Of a stretch of DNA of 64,000 nt, positions 39,098 through 52,326 are shown piece by piece. Source of the DNA: Octopus vulgaris (taxonomy: Eukaryota); contig OX597814.1 of NCBI GenBank assembly GCA_951406725.2, positions 169,322,001 to 169,386,000 of the forward strand, read 5' to 3'. Below the pieces are notes generated by a model. That model was not told the origin of the DNA. It was given only the letters and a program-made list of their open reading frames with translations, and made no database searches. The position numbers and the translations under genes were made by a program. Positions within the stretch are counted from its first letter, which is position 1; each line of letters starts with the position of its first letter.

Positions 39098-39166
39098 CTT
39101 CCCCGTGATCCCAACTGTCTTATAATAGGAAGTACCCTTTAGAAAATATGGTCCTAGACAGAACAT
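39098..39166 (-). other. candidate spliced exon (69 nt)
   Basis: acceptor TCTTTGTTTTTACAG| and donor AAG|GTAATT; open frame MFCLGPYFLKGTSYYKTVGITGK. Confidence 0.4.
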
Positions 39167-39346
39167 CTGTAAAAACAAAGACATGTCAACCAGAGCTAGC
39201 CTGGGCATAAAAAAAACGCATATACCATTAAGTCGCGCACACATACAACGTAGATAAGAATTCTCATACATATTTATATTATCATGCATACATATATTAC
39301 ATACACATGCATGCATTATCAACCATAAAGACAAACATTCATTCAC

Positions 39347-39402
39347 TTAATTTTCGTTTAATGGACAGAGTTTTGGAATAGTTCTTCCTGGAAGTCTTAT
39401 AC
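39347..39402 (-). other. candidate spliced exon (56 nt)
   Basis: acceptor CTTTTTCTTTTCTATCAG|, weak donor TAA|GTGAAT; 180-nt intron to the 69-nt candidate. Confidence 0.25.
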
Positions 39403-41129
39403 CTGATAGAAAAGAAAAAGGGTACGGTAGTAAGGATGCAAAAGTTTTTATTAAAAAAATGGAAATTTTTCCGAACAAATTTCTTCTGCGTTTAATTTCC
39501 ACTGTATAAAACAATAACTAAAAATATTACCCTTTTCCTTTCACATAAGGTATGGAACTTCGAGGGGGAAAAACTACGCCATTAAATGTAGGTATTCATT
39601 CAATTTTAGTCTCGCTACGAAAACAGATGTTTATTGCAAAAAGAAGAAAAACGAGAGAAAGAAAAAGAATTGGGGATCGTATATTTTGGAAAGATATACA
39701 AACATTTGTTTACATCTTGCAGTGAGGCTAAAACTGCAGAGATACCAGAATAAAATTCGAATTATCAATTAAACGGTGTGTATCGCATAATTAATGAATT
39801 AAATACCCCTCTTCGTTGTCAATGAATGCACTATTGTGCAAATTAGACCGGTTATATCAGCTGAATTCTAGTTTGCGTTTGATTTAAATATATAGCAATA
39901 CCCTATTAATCTCTCCGTGGGTAGAAAATGCAGATATTTGTTGTTATATACGATGAAATAAATAGACAGGGCGATCCCAAATTCTTCTCTCTGCCCACGA
40001 AGTGATAAAAAAAAACATTTGCTTATGCCCAAATTGTTGGCATTAGGTGTTTACCGACGTTAGATTTCAGATTATGCAATAAAATGCTGTATATTGCATT
40101 ATTAATTAATGAATTAGACATACATAGTCATTTCCACATGTTACATTCGGCAATGTACACCCACACGAAAGCGCAGACACACACACACACATAACTAACC
40201 TCGAAGCCGACTACACAAACACACAGCAGATACAATGGTACACATATGCACGCATACGTGACCAAGGAAATAATTACGAATAACACAATTATCCAAAGAG
40301 GCAATCACAGGCACGCACACATACCTGTCTGTCATAAATATATATATATACACACACATACACACGTTCACGCTGTATAGATAGATAAATACACGCATCC
40401 AGGATGTGCGGATACAAACATACACATACATCCATAGACTGCAAACACACACGTATATAGACACGCATTTCCGCTGTGTAAATGCATACATACACACATC
40501 CAAAACGTGCTGAGGCAATCACATAGCCAAACTCTTCACTCACGTATACATCCATTATATGCACACACACACGAACACAAATTATATATATCGACACATA
40601 CATAACACTATTTGAGCCACGCTATACACTATACCAATCTTTATATCTCCTAAAGTACACACACACACACGCGCACGCACGCACGAACACACTCATGTCA
40701 TCTTAACAATGGAAACAGACACTACATTGAACTAAGCGTGTGTGTATGTGTCAATAAAGCGAATAGCAAATTGTACCACGTATATATATATGTGAATGAG
40801 TGTGTGTGTAGAACTAACTGTATTGCGTATATAGAGTAAATTACATTATGTGTATAGGTGACTGAGTGCGTGTGTAGAGCGAATTATACTGTGTACATAT
40901 GTGAGTGCGTTTACAGCGAATTGTATTGCATATGTATGTGCGTGTGTGTACAGAACTGTTGTAATGACTGTCTAGAAATTATACTGTACGTGAACGAAGC
41001 TTATTATATCGTGTATGTGTTTGTGAATGTATCGTTATTGTAACTGCGTGTTTCTGGTGTGTAGTGCTTTATTGTTTGTTACTCGATGTGAATCTGTGCA
41101 TTTGTTTTGGTATGTGTTTAAGGTTGTAA

Positions 41130-41577
41130 TGCTATCTATCTATCTATCTATTTATTTATCTACCTTCCTACCTACCTACCTATCTATCTGTCGGTCTAAG
41201 TATCTATGTCTGCCTGTCTGTCTATCTATCTATTTATCTATCTGTCGGTCTATCTTTTATCTATGTCTATCTATCTATCTATCTATCTGTCGGTCTAAGT
41301 ATCTATGTCTGCCTGTCTGTCTGTCTATCTATTTATCTATCTGTCGGGCTATCTAAGTATCTATGTCAGTCTATCTATCTATCTATCTTTCTATCTATCT
41401 GTCGGTCTAAGTATCTATGTCTGCCTGTCTGTCTGTCTATCTATTTATCTATCTGTCGGTCAATCTAAGTATCTATGTCTGTCTGTTTGTCTATCTGTCG
41501 GTCTAAGTATCTATGTCTGCCTGTCTGTCTATCTATTTATCTATCTGTCGGTCTATCTAAGTATTTATGTCTGTTTG

Positions 41578-41640
<63 letters not shown>

Positions 41641-41641
41641 G

Positions 41642-41709
<68 letters not shown>

Positions 41710-41749
41710 CCTATCTATCTTTCTGTCTATCTATCTATCTATCTCTCTG

Positions 41750-41805
<56 letters not shown>

Positions 41806-41806
41806 A
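41130..41806. repeat. (TCTA)n microsatellite with higher-order CTGTCGGTCTAAGTATCTATGTCTGCCTG units
   Basis: directly visible. Confidence 0.95.
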
Positions 41807-43745
41807 CATATCATCTTGATATCTGCTTATCACCACCTTTCTATCTTTCTATCTATCCGTTTATATTTAACTTGTGAGTATATGATTTATATATATGTGT
41901 GTGTGTGTGTGTGCTAATATTTTCGTATGTTGTGTCAATATGTTCATTTATACGTAAGGCGCCCCTTATTTGTACGAATATATATATGTGTGTGTATAAC
42001 GTAAAGTGCGTACTGATATGTTCGCAACGGGCAAGTAACCCATTAAAACAAATATTTACAAACACCAGAAACAAATAAAGGACAAATAAAGCAATTGCAA
42101 ACAAATTAATAAACTAAACAACATTCGCGTATAGCTAGATATATCCCCATATCTATCAGTGTACTTATATGTATATACGTGTATTCATAAGCATATTCGC
42201 ACGCACATACGTACGTACATATATGCGAACTAACAAAGTGGGTCTCCGTCGGTTTCAATACTAGGAAGTCTGTTATTCGATATACTGAACTTGTGTATAA
42301 ACGAACGAACAAGCGACTTAGTATTCCACGACAGTAATACTTTTTTCCCCCCTAGGGATAGGATTGGCTGTGTGGTTAAGAAACCAGTTTTATCACGAAG
42401 TGGTTTCGGGTTTAGTCACACTGCACGGCACCTTGGTGAGTGGTTTCTACTATAGCGCTGACCAAAGGACGAAGACAGGTGGTGTAGAAAACAAACAGAT
42501 GTATTAGTATAACGCTCAGGAATAGAAAAAGTCTTTTACGTTTCGAACCTACGCTCTTCTACAGAAAGGGACACAGAAAAAACATGGAGAGAAAAAAATG
42601 TGTGTAGTGGCTAACGATCTTATATATATATATATTTGTGTATCTCTGTGTGCAACCATGTAGTAAATATATAAACAGGGCAACTTAATAAGTTCTCCGG
42701 AGATTGAAAAAAATAATGATAATAAATAATCGATGACCAGTCATAATTAATTTTCGAATTTTATTGAATTCTTATCAGTGGGAACTTTCATAAATTAGAT
42801 CTACATTACGATAGTGAGTTGCTAAGCTGTTTATATACTAAACAAATACATTAGTTACAAAGAACTGGGCCTAGTAATTTTTATATTACAAGTGTTTAAC
42901 ACTCTCTTAAATATCAAGAGCCTGTCAACGAGGATCTCAGTTCAGACAGTACCAAGGTATGATATATGGAACCTCTGTGTGTGTGTGTGTGTGGGGGGGG
43001 GGATTGTGCCACACTACAACCACTTGATAACCAGTGTTGGTATGTTTATATTCCTGTTACCTAGCAGTTCAGCAAAAGAGAACAATGGAGTAAGCACCAG
43101 ATTTTAAAATGAATCCTAAAATCCTAAAAAATGAATTTATTCAAATCTAGATTTAAAAATGAATCCTAAAATCCTAAAAAATGAATTTATTCAACTAAAC
43201 AAGTGGTTCTCAACCAAGGCTCATATGACCCTTGGAGGTCCACATAAGATTTTGTTGTTAAAATTTATGAGCAATGAATAGGCGCATGAGTGGCTGTGTG
43301 GTAAGAAGCTTGCCTCCAAACCACAGGGTTCTGGGTTCAATCCCACTGCATAGCACCTTGGGCAAATGTCTCCTACTATAGCCTCAGGCCAACCAAAGCC
43401 TTATGAGTGGATTTGATAGATGGAAACTGAAAGAAGCCCATATATATGTATATATATATACAGGGCCATGAATGATCTTATCCCATATTTTGGATTTATA
43501 TATGTATATATATATATATGTATTTGTGTGTCTGTGCTTGTCCCCCCACCATTACTTGACAACCAATGTTGGTGTGCTTACATCCCTGTAACTTGATGGT
43601 TTGGCAAAAGAGACCAATAGAATAAGTACTAAGCTTACAAAGAATAAGTCCTGCATAGATATATATACAGGCATGCGTACACATGCATATATGTACATCC
43701 ATATATACATGCACCTATATATCCATACATACATGCACATACATA

Positions 43746-43961
43746 TTAGGGTGTGCTGAAAAGTTCCTGACTTTAAGGGTGTCATGAAAGGTCTGGTTGG
43801 AGGCTCAACCTTCTGAGTTTTTTGCAGGGCTTAGAAAAACTGAAGGACCGCTGCAATAAGTGTGTGAGTCTGAGAGAGGAATATGCTGAATAAAATCATA
43901 ATTAGCTGATCCTCCTGTATTTTCTTTTAACCAAAGCCCGGAACTTTTCAGCAATCTCTTG
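43746..43961 (+). mobile_element. mariner-derived MITE retaining the transposase C-terminus; second copy at 60649-60863
   Basis: TIR GTGCTGAAAAGTTCC / GGAACTTTTCAGCA, TA flanks, internal KLKDRCNKCVSLRGEYAE* like the mariner KCI..GDY.E terminus. Confidence 0.85.
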
Positions 43962-44559
43962 TACATATGGAGGTGCATGGCTTAGTGGTTAGGGTGTACG
44001 CATCATGATCGTAAGATTGTGGTTTCAATTCCTGGACCGGGCAACGCATTGTGTTCTTGAGCAAAACACTTCATTTCACGTTGCTCCAGTCCATGCAGCT
44101 GGCAAAAATGAATAACGTTGTGATGGACTGGCGTCCCGTCCAGCTGGGGAACGCATACACCATAGAAACTGGGAAACTGGGCCCATGAACCTGGCTAGGC
44201 TTTAAAAAGGGTGCAATGGTGGTGCATCAGCATGGCTGCAGCTCTGAGCTGAAACTAGAGAGAAAAAGAAATGTACACTCATGGATATACATATCCTTCT
44301 ATCTATGCATACACATATATATTCACATACATTTATGCATATTTACATACAAGCAAACTCAGATGTCATAATGGAGATATTTTAAATGCTTCCTCATCAC
44401 ATGTATGTACATAAACTGCTTTTATTATGTGTGTCCAGGACTGTCATAGTTGTAGAGCTTGTTGCCTAGCCTGAGGTCAACTGATCAAGTAAAATATTGA
44501 TCAAAGGCACTCCAACTGTGACAATCCTGTCTATATTATCAAATGTTCCCTTTAAGATA

Positions 44560-45540
44560 GAAGTCACCAGCATCAAAGCCATGCTGTTAAAGTTACAGTC
44601 ACACTGGGCAGGACACATTTCCTGAATGGAAGATTATCTTTGAGACAAGATTGTGCTGTAGGGCGAACTCTCCACATTTGACAGAAGGCTGCCAAAGAAA
44701 GAGTATAATAGGCACTTTGAAGAACTCCCTTGATGTCTATTAAATTGACTATTGACAATTGTCTGCTATTGCTTCCATTTGTGATGTATGGTGATATACC
44801 GTTTACCTATTTCTTTATTACCCACAAGGGGCTAAACATAGAAGGGACAAACAAGGACAGACATAGGTATTAAGTCGATTACATCGACCCCAGTGCATAA
44901 CTGGTACTTAATTTATCAACCCCAAAAGGATGAAAGGCAAAGTCAACCTCGGCGAAATTTGAACTCACAACGTAACGACAGACAAAATACGGCTGCGCAT
45001 TTCGCCCGGCGTGCTAACGATTCTGCCAGCTCACCGCCTTGTGATATACCTATTTCTTTACTACCCACGAGGGGCTAAACACAGAGTGGACAAACAAGGA
45101 CAGACGAACGGATTAAGTCGATTACATCGACCCCAGTGCGTAACTGGTACTTAATTTATCGACCCCAAAAGGATGAAAGGCAAAGTCGGCCTCGGCAGAA
45201 TTTGAACTCACAACGTAACGGCAGCCGAAATACCGCAAAGCATTTTGCCCGACGTGCTAATGATTCTGCCAGCTCGCCGCCTCTGCCTTCTGATATACTG
45301 TTTACCTGTTTGTCTCCTGCAAGACTGTATGTAGGGCTGCCTTTAAGGACAAAAGAAGACTAAGGAAGACTGTAACACGGATTGGTGCTGAAACTTGAAC
45401 CGAATTTCTTTTGCAGCTGCTGTGACTTGGTTTGCTTATTCTGTATTGGTTTATTTTACCATCCTTGAGCCTGGAGAGTTGAAGCCCAGTGGTGACTAAA
45501 TGGTGAACCCTCATTTGTGAAGCCAAGGAAAGATGATGAG
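44560..45540 (+). mobile_element. decayed BovB-like RTE 3' fragment split by two tandem family B SINEs
   Basis: EVTSIKAMLLKLQSHWAGHIS*MED..IVL*GELST; after the SINEs KDKRR..CSCCDLVCLFCIG; GAAGCCAAG..GATGATG tail. Confidence 0.8.
44807..45290 (-). mobile_element. two head-to-tail family B SINEs sharing one target-site duplication
   Basis: TGATATAC(C/T)GTTTACCT at ~44792 and 45291, partial GTGATATACC between copies at 45041. Confidence 0.88.
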
Positions 45541-45827
45541 GGTGTTATTTGAAGGAAACTCGGTTGCTATGTCTAGCAGGTTGAAGGACCATGTAGAGGT
45601 TATCTTGTTAGGTAGAGCATATGAAATAATGGGAAGGGGGAATGTATTAGACAATGTAGTCCTAAATATACTATTTATATATCTGTCTATGCCTGTCTGT
45701 TTATCCATGTACCTGTCTGTCTATCTGTCTGTCCATCCATCTGTTCGTCTGTCCATCTTGCCATCCGTTCATCTGTCCATCCATCCATTTGTCTCTTCTC
45801 TGTGCTAAACTAATTTAAAAAAGAAAA

Positions 45828-46242
45828 GGTGATCTTTCGTCTCTAGTAGACCTTTCCGTCGATTTCCGTAAAAAAATTTCTTTTTTTTTACATATGGGTT
45901 GCGGGAACTTTTGAAGTAATGAGAGCGAAAGAGACTAAGAGAAAGCGATTGTATGACGAGGGAAGTTCTTTTGAAGTTACCGTGCATGGGAGCATTGATG
46001 TGTGTGTGTGTGTTTGATGGGGTGTGGGAGACAGACAGTATGTTGTGTAAGTGAAGTGCTTCTGTTAGTGTGTGTGAAGAGACAGAGTAATGTGTGAAAG
46101 AAAGAGATAACTGAAATTTTTTACTCGGTGTATGTGTATATGTATGTATATTACTTCAAAAGTTCCCGCAAGCCCATATGTAAAAAAAAAAATTTTTTTT
46201 ACGGAAATCGATGGAAAGGTCTACTAGAGACGAAAAATCGCC
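45828..46242. mobile_element. MITE with ~90-bp TIRs, GG..CC termini and 8-bp TSD (Merlin-like)
   Basis: GGTGATCTTTCGTCTCTAGTAGACCTTTCC / GGAAAGGTCTACTAGAGACGAAAAATCGCC; TSD AAAGAAAA 45820-27 and 46243-50. Confidence 0.9.
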
Positions 46243-46555
46243 AAAGAAAAAAAAGGTTTGACTGATTGATTATATAAAATATCCAAAGCAAAAATTCAAA
46301 AGCCAGCACATGTGAGAAAAAGTATACCACGTCACCTTATATACAAAATTCACCACAATTACGGAGATGTACTTGCATAGCAAGTGACTTGATCTGAGAT
46401 CGTGCGCTGGAACAAAAACAATTGCTGCGTGGAAGTTGTTTATAAGCCATTTAAGAAATACACAAAACCGTTAGATTCACTTCAACATTCAAATTTAATT
46501 TGTCAAAATATTATCGTCGCTTTGAGATCGCGACCTGTTCACTGACAATTTTCTC

Positions 46556-46981
46556 TCTATATATAAACGGCAGTTTGTCTGTCTGTGTGTCTGTGTGGCT
46601 GTCAGGTTGTACCCTCACCCTGACCACGGCTTTCAACTGATTGTGATGAAACTTGACACACACATAGCCCAATGTCATAATTCAAAACTAACGCAGCGAA
46701 AATTTTGAAAAGTTCCCCCAGTTCTGAAAGAAATCGATAAATTCGACATGGGGTCAAGAATCTAAGCTTTTTATATGCAACACATTTTCTGTTGTAGTTT
46801 TCACAACTTGCAATCGGGAGACAGCTAGGAACATCATATACATAGAAGTATTCGAGTTAAGAGAAGACATTGCAACCTACACATGCGCCTTCGTTCCCTA
46901 GAGGGAAAGAACTAGATTGGGATTAGCCGTTGCCTACTAGGGGTTCTTACATACCCGGGCAACGCCGGGCTATGCTGCTAG
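46556..46981 (+). mobile_element. non-autonomous Helitron
   Basis: 5' TCTATATATAAA, 3' hairpin CCCGGGCAACGCCGGG 46954-69 then CTAG|T, no TSD. Confidence 0.85.
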
Positions 46982-47762
46982 TTTTTTATAAAATATGATA
47001 TCCTGATTTCCTTTCTCCCATCGTTCCGTCTTCTTTTCTTTGTTTGATTCTTTTCTTTTTTCCTTCTCTATTCATTTTCATTTTCTTACTTTTTCTTCCC
47101 TCTTCTTTCCTTCGGTTTTTCTTTCTTTTTCTTTTTTTCTTTTTTTTCATTCTTCCTCCCTGCTCTCTCACTCTTTTCGCTCTCACTTTTTTTTATTTCA
47201 TTTTATTTTACATTCCCTAAATATGTCACAACGTTCAATAGTTAGAATAGTAAACTTATTTGCATAATGGGCCATAATTAAATATTTACAACAAATGAAT
47301 ATAATTGTCTTTACTAAGATTACATAGGTTTCTGAATTTCACAGACGTTATAACGAAAACACAGACTCATTATGTTTTGTGCACTAGTTAACGATAGATC
47401 AATCAAGATAATTGATACTTTGTACTTGAAATGTTTTCTTTAGAAATGGTAAGATGGTCAAAATCTGTGACAGGTGAATGGCAAGCTTAGTAGATCATAA
47501 TGCAAATACCATGTGGTGTTTGGTTATGTTCCTTTGTTTTTTTTTTGTTCAAATCCCACTTAGATTTATTTTTACCCTTCATCCCAATTGAGGTCAATAA
47601 AATAAGTTCCTAGAAACTCACTTTGAAACCATGTGATTTCTGGTTCATTCCCACTGTGTGGTACCTTGGGCTTGTGTCTTCTATGATAGCATCTGATTGA
47701 CCACTGCCATGTGAGTGAATTTTATTGATGGAAACTGTGTGGAAGGCAGGCATACACATACA

Positions 47763-47794
<32 letters not shown>

Positions 47795-47980
47795 CATACA
47801 TGCACACACACATATAGGTGCAGGCATGGCTGTGTGGTAAGAAGCTTGCTTCCCCACCCACATGGTTTCAGGTTCAGTCCCACTGTGTGGCACCTTGGGC
47901 TAGTGTCTTCTACTACTGCTTCAAAGTGGATTTGGTAGACAGAAACTGAAAGAAGCCTATCAGGCTTCTTTCAGTTTCTT

Positions 47981-48177
47981 AAGACGGCAAGCTGGCAGAA
48001 ACGTTAGTGCGCTGGGTGAAATGCTTAGTGGTATTTTGTCTACCGTTATGTTCTGAGTTCGAATTCAGCTAAGGTTGACTTTGCCTTTCATCCTTTCGGG
48101 GTCGATAAATAAAGAACCAGTTTCACACTGGTTTGTCCCCTCTATGTTTAGCCCCTTGTGGGCAATAAAGAAATAAG
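47981..48177 (+). mobile_element. family B SINE inserted in a family A SINE
   Basis: target AGAAACTGAAAG(A/T)AGCCT at 47941 and ~48176, inverted copy at 47962-47979. Confidence 0.8.
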
Positions 48178-48646
48178 AAACTGAAAGTAGCCTGTCTTAA
48201 TGTCTGCTTTCCATACGGGCATGGGTTGGATGGTTTGACTGAAAACTGGTAAGCTGCACCACATTTCAAGCTGATTTGGCATAGTTTCTACAGCTGAATG
48301 CCCTTCCTAACACTGACCACTCCAATAATGTAGTGGGTGCTTTTCATATGTCACCACCTCAGTGAGGTTTCCATGTGCCACCAGTTACAAAACACCAGCA
48401 TCAGCTACAACTATGATCTCACTTGGCTTGATAGTCCTTCTCAAGTATGGTATACTGCCAAAGGTCTCTGTTACTTGTCACTGCCTCTGTGAGGCCCAAA
48501 GTTCAAAGGGTTCTTTTTATGTGCCACTAGCATGGGTGCCAGGTACGTAACACTGGCATTGGCCACAACTATGATTTCACTTGTCTTGAGAGGTCTTCTG
48601 AAGCACACCATATCACCCAATGTTCGAAGGGTGCTTTTTATATGTG

Positions 48647-48685
<39 letters not shown>

Positions 48686-50320
48686 TTTTGTATACATATA
48701 TCTATGTATCTGTCTTTGTGCCCCCATTATCACTTGACAACCCGTGTTGGTATATTTACATCCCCATAATTTAGCAGTTTGGCAAAAGAGACCAATAGAA
48801 TAAGTACTAGGTTTAAAATGTAATTCATGGGGTCAATTTGTTTGACTAAAACCCTTCAAGGCAGTGCTCCTGCATGGCCACAGTCAAATGACTAAGACAG
48901 CTAAAAGAATAAATGAATAAAAGAATATATATATATATATATGTATATATCATCATCATCATCATCATCGTCATCATCTTATGTCTGTTGTCCATGCTGG
49001 TATGAGCTGGATTGTTCGACTGGGCTGGCATGCTGGAAAGCTGCACCAGGCTCCAGTCAGATTTGGCACGGTTTTCTAAAGCTGGATGCCCTTCCTAACA
49101 CTAGCCACTCCGAGAGTGTAATGGATGTTTTTATGTGCCACTGGCACCGGTGCCATTTACATAACTCTGGCATCTGCCACGACTGCAATTTTGCTCAGTT
49201 TGATGGGTCTTCTTCTCAAGTGCAACATAATACCTAAAGGTCTTGGTCATTGCCCTCCATAAGGCCCAACACTCAAAAGACAGTGCTGGCTGTCTAATTA
49301 AGACACACTCCTTTTCTCGATTAAAGTGAATGTAAAAATCTACCAAAGGTATCATTTTAGATTGATCTTCCTATTTGTCAACCAACAAGGTATAAGTCTT
49401 AGGATGAAAGGTGGTACCTATGATCCTTACAGGGCCTCCAAGGTTTATGAAAGGGAAGGAGCCAGATATCCTCAAGCATGAACTTCACTAAAGTTTTTCA
49501 AGGTGACAAGTGGTGATTTTAAACCTGGCAATGGATTAAGTTTGTGACCCGAGTAGGCCTTGGTTGGATTAGAACACAGAGCACAAAGAGCTAGAACAAA
49601 TATCAAGGCATCTGGTCCTGAAGTTCTTCAGTTCTGCCATTCTTTTGAAGATGGTGTCCCAGCATGGCTACAGTCCAATGCTTGAAACAAGAAAACGATG
49701 AAAAATAAAACCTTGAATTGTATTTGTAAAAGTCTTCAGCCTATGATACCGCATGCTGCACACTTGTGCACTGCAGCACACTGTTTGAGAACCACTTCTC
49801 TAGACATCCATTGTGGCATGTGCAAGCCTATATTTTCCAGCTGGGGTTTCCCTCAACCTCAAGTTTATCCAACACATCTCTAGAACTTTTGCGAAACAGT
49901 GATAAATAAAGTAATTATATGTAAATGCATTTTGGTATTTAAATCTATATTCATAATTTTATTAAACACACACAGCAGAAGATCTAGATGTAGACCATGA
50001 ACAAGATGGTTGGATAATAACTTAAACTGATGGTGCTTTTTGAGAGGATCTTTTAAAGGCCTTGTTTACAAACTCTGTTCTCACAACCCTCACATGAAAA
50101 AGTGGGTAATGAAGAAGGATAGGTGAATGGACTAGCATGGAATATTCCTGACAGTAAGAAAATCCGGTATTGGTAGATAGTAAGATGACCCTACATGGAA
50201 AATTGCCTCTTGATAGAAAATTGTAAGGAAAATTATTTTAAATAAGTTCTTGAGTGAAGTGAAATTTCTGAAAGCATCTTGGTCATGTCTGATAGATAGA
50301 TTTAGGCTGCTGAACTTTTA

Positions 50321-50540
50321 CCCTTTGGCATTAGGATTCTTCAGTGAAATATAATGCTTATTCATTCACATTGTTTTAAATTAAGCATGCATTATCTTGT
50401 AGCTTCAAGATTTCGATGATATGATTGTTTGTTTTTAGACTGACATTGTAGGGTAGGTATGAGAAGCGAAAGCTGACCAGTTTGAGCATAAAACAGGCAG
50501 AATATTTGGGCCAGATATGGCTAGTTTAAATGCTAAAGAG
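50321..50540. mobile_element. TTAA-target (piggyBac-like) MITE
   Basis: ttta|CCCTTTGGCATT ... AATGCTAAAGAG|TTAA. Confidence 0.65.
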
Positions 50541-50800
50541 TTAAAGGCGAAAACAGTTTTATGATTCAATATCTCATGAAATTTAAAATTTATGAAAGAG
50601 AAAGAAAGAAAATGATTAATAAAGATATTATAATAATTTTTATCTACGAATCCCTTAAGACATGGTATTGTATTTCAAGGGGTTTCCTAAGACAAAGTAT
50701 GTGGAATGCTGCCTTAGAAGGTGATATCCAAGCTTGGCAATAGTTGTGTGGCTTAAATCTGTAAAAGAGTGTTAATAACTAATAACCCATTTATGTTTGT

Positions 50801-51202
50801 ATACTCTTTTACTCTTTTACTTGTTTCAGTCATTTGACTGCGGCCATGCTGGAGCACCGCCTTTAATCGAGCAACTCGACCCCGGGACTTATTCTATTGT
50901 AAGCCCAGTACTTATTCTAGCGGTCTCTTTTGCCGAACCGCTAAGTAATGGGGACGTAAACACACCAGCTTCGCTTGTCAAGCAATGCTAGGGGGACAAA
51001 CACAGACACACAAACACGCATATATATATACATATATACGACGGGCTTCTTTCAGTTTCCGTCTACCAAATCCACTCACAAGGCTTTGGTCGGCCCGAGG
51101 CTATAGTAGAAGACACTTGCCCAAGGTGCCACGTAGTGGGACTGAACCCGGAACCATGTGGTTGGTAAACAAGCTACTTACCACACAGCCACTCCTGCGC
51201 CT
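50801..51202 (-). mobile_element. family A SINE, very young full-length copy
   Basis: CpG-intact, complete head to (CTCTTTTA)n tail. Confidence 0.93.
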
Positions 51203-52326
51203 ATTAATAAAGATATTATAATAATATATATACATTTTTTTCTAAAAAGTAGATTGCCCATGTATTTATTTCAATTAATTTTCAATATAATGAGGAGTTC
51301 GGAAAGGTTAAGTAAAAAAAATATCTGTAATTTTATGTATTGGTTAAATATTGATCTATTGAAATCTCGGGTCATTGTTCCCTTAGTAATGAGATTTTGA
51401 TATTGATTTTAGAATGAATATGGTAACTTGAGTAATAGCTGACTCTGGTGTACTGAAATATACACACACAGCAAGAATGAAAATACTGTTTCAATTATGA
51501 GGTCTAGAAATAAGAATTAACCCTATCATGGTTAAATTGCCAAACTGCAAAAAAAAAAAAAAAAAAAAAAAACCCCAAAAAAACAGAAAATGAAAAAATG
51601 AAAAAATTATAACTGAAAAAGTTTCAATAGCTGTCACATAGTACAATAGCTTGCATGCAATAATGTTGTACAAATGTAAGGAATCCTTAGAGCTCATCTA
51701 AGCTTTCAATTTTGCAATTTTCTTTCCATAATAGCATATTATTTGAAGCGTTAAGAATTATTAACAATTGGTATAGTAGGTCTAAAAAAGGTGTTATTGC
51801 CAGGTATACAATCAAAAGTGTCAGTCTTTGATCATGTGGCAGAAACCGTTATAATTTTCATTTTTTTTTTCTTCATTATAGCACAAGGCTGAGCATTTTT
51901 GTGAAAGGATATACCAAAACCAATGATACAAATCTTCTGTATGGATATTGCAAATCAGAATTACTTGAGTGCTGGAAAAAGTGCTTTGCTGTTATTCTTT
52001 TGGTGTTTTATAAACTGAGTTCAAATCCCACTGACATAAATTCTGCTTTTCATCTTTTTGGGGTCAAAAAAATAAAGTACCAGTTAAGTATTGGGGGTTC
52101 ATGGTACTGACTAGCCCTTCCTCCCTGCAAATTTGTTGCCATCTGCCTATATTAGAAACAACAAAAACAACAACTACTACCACCATCACCACCACCACTA
52201 CCACTGCTGCTGCCACTACCACCACCACCACCACCACTGCCATTGCCACTGCCACTGTTGCTGCTGCTACTACTGCTACCACCACCACCACCACCACCAC
52301 CATATATATATATATATATATATACA

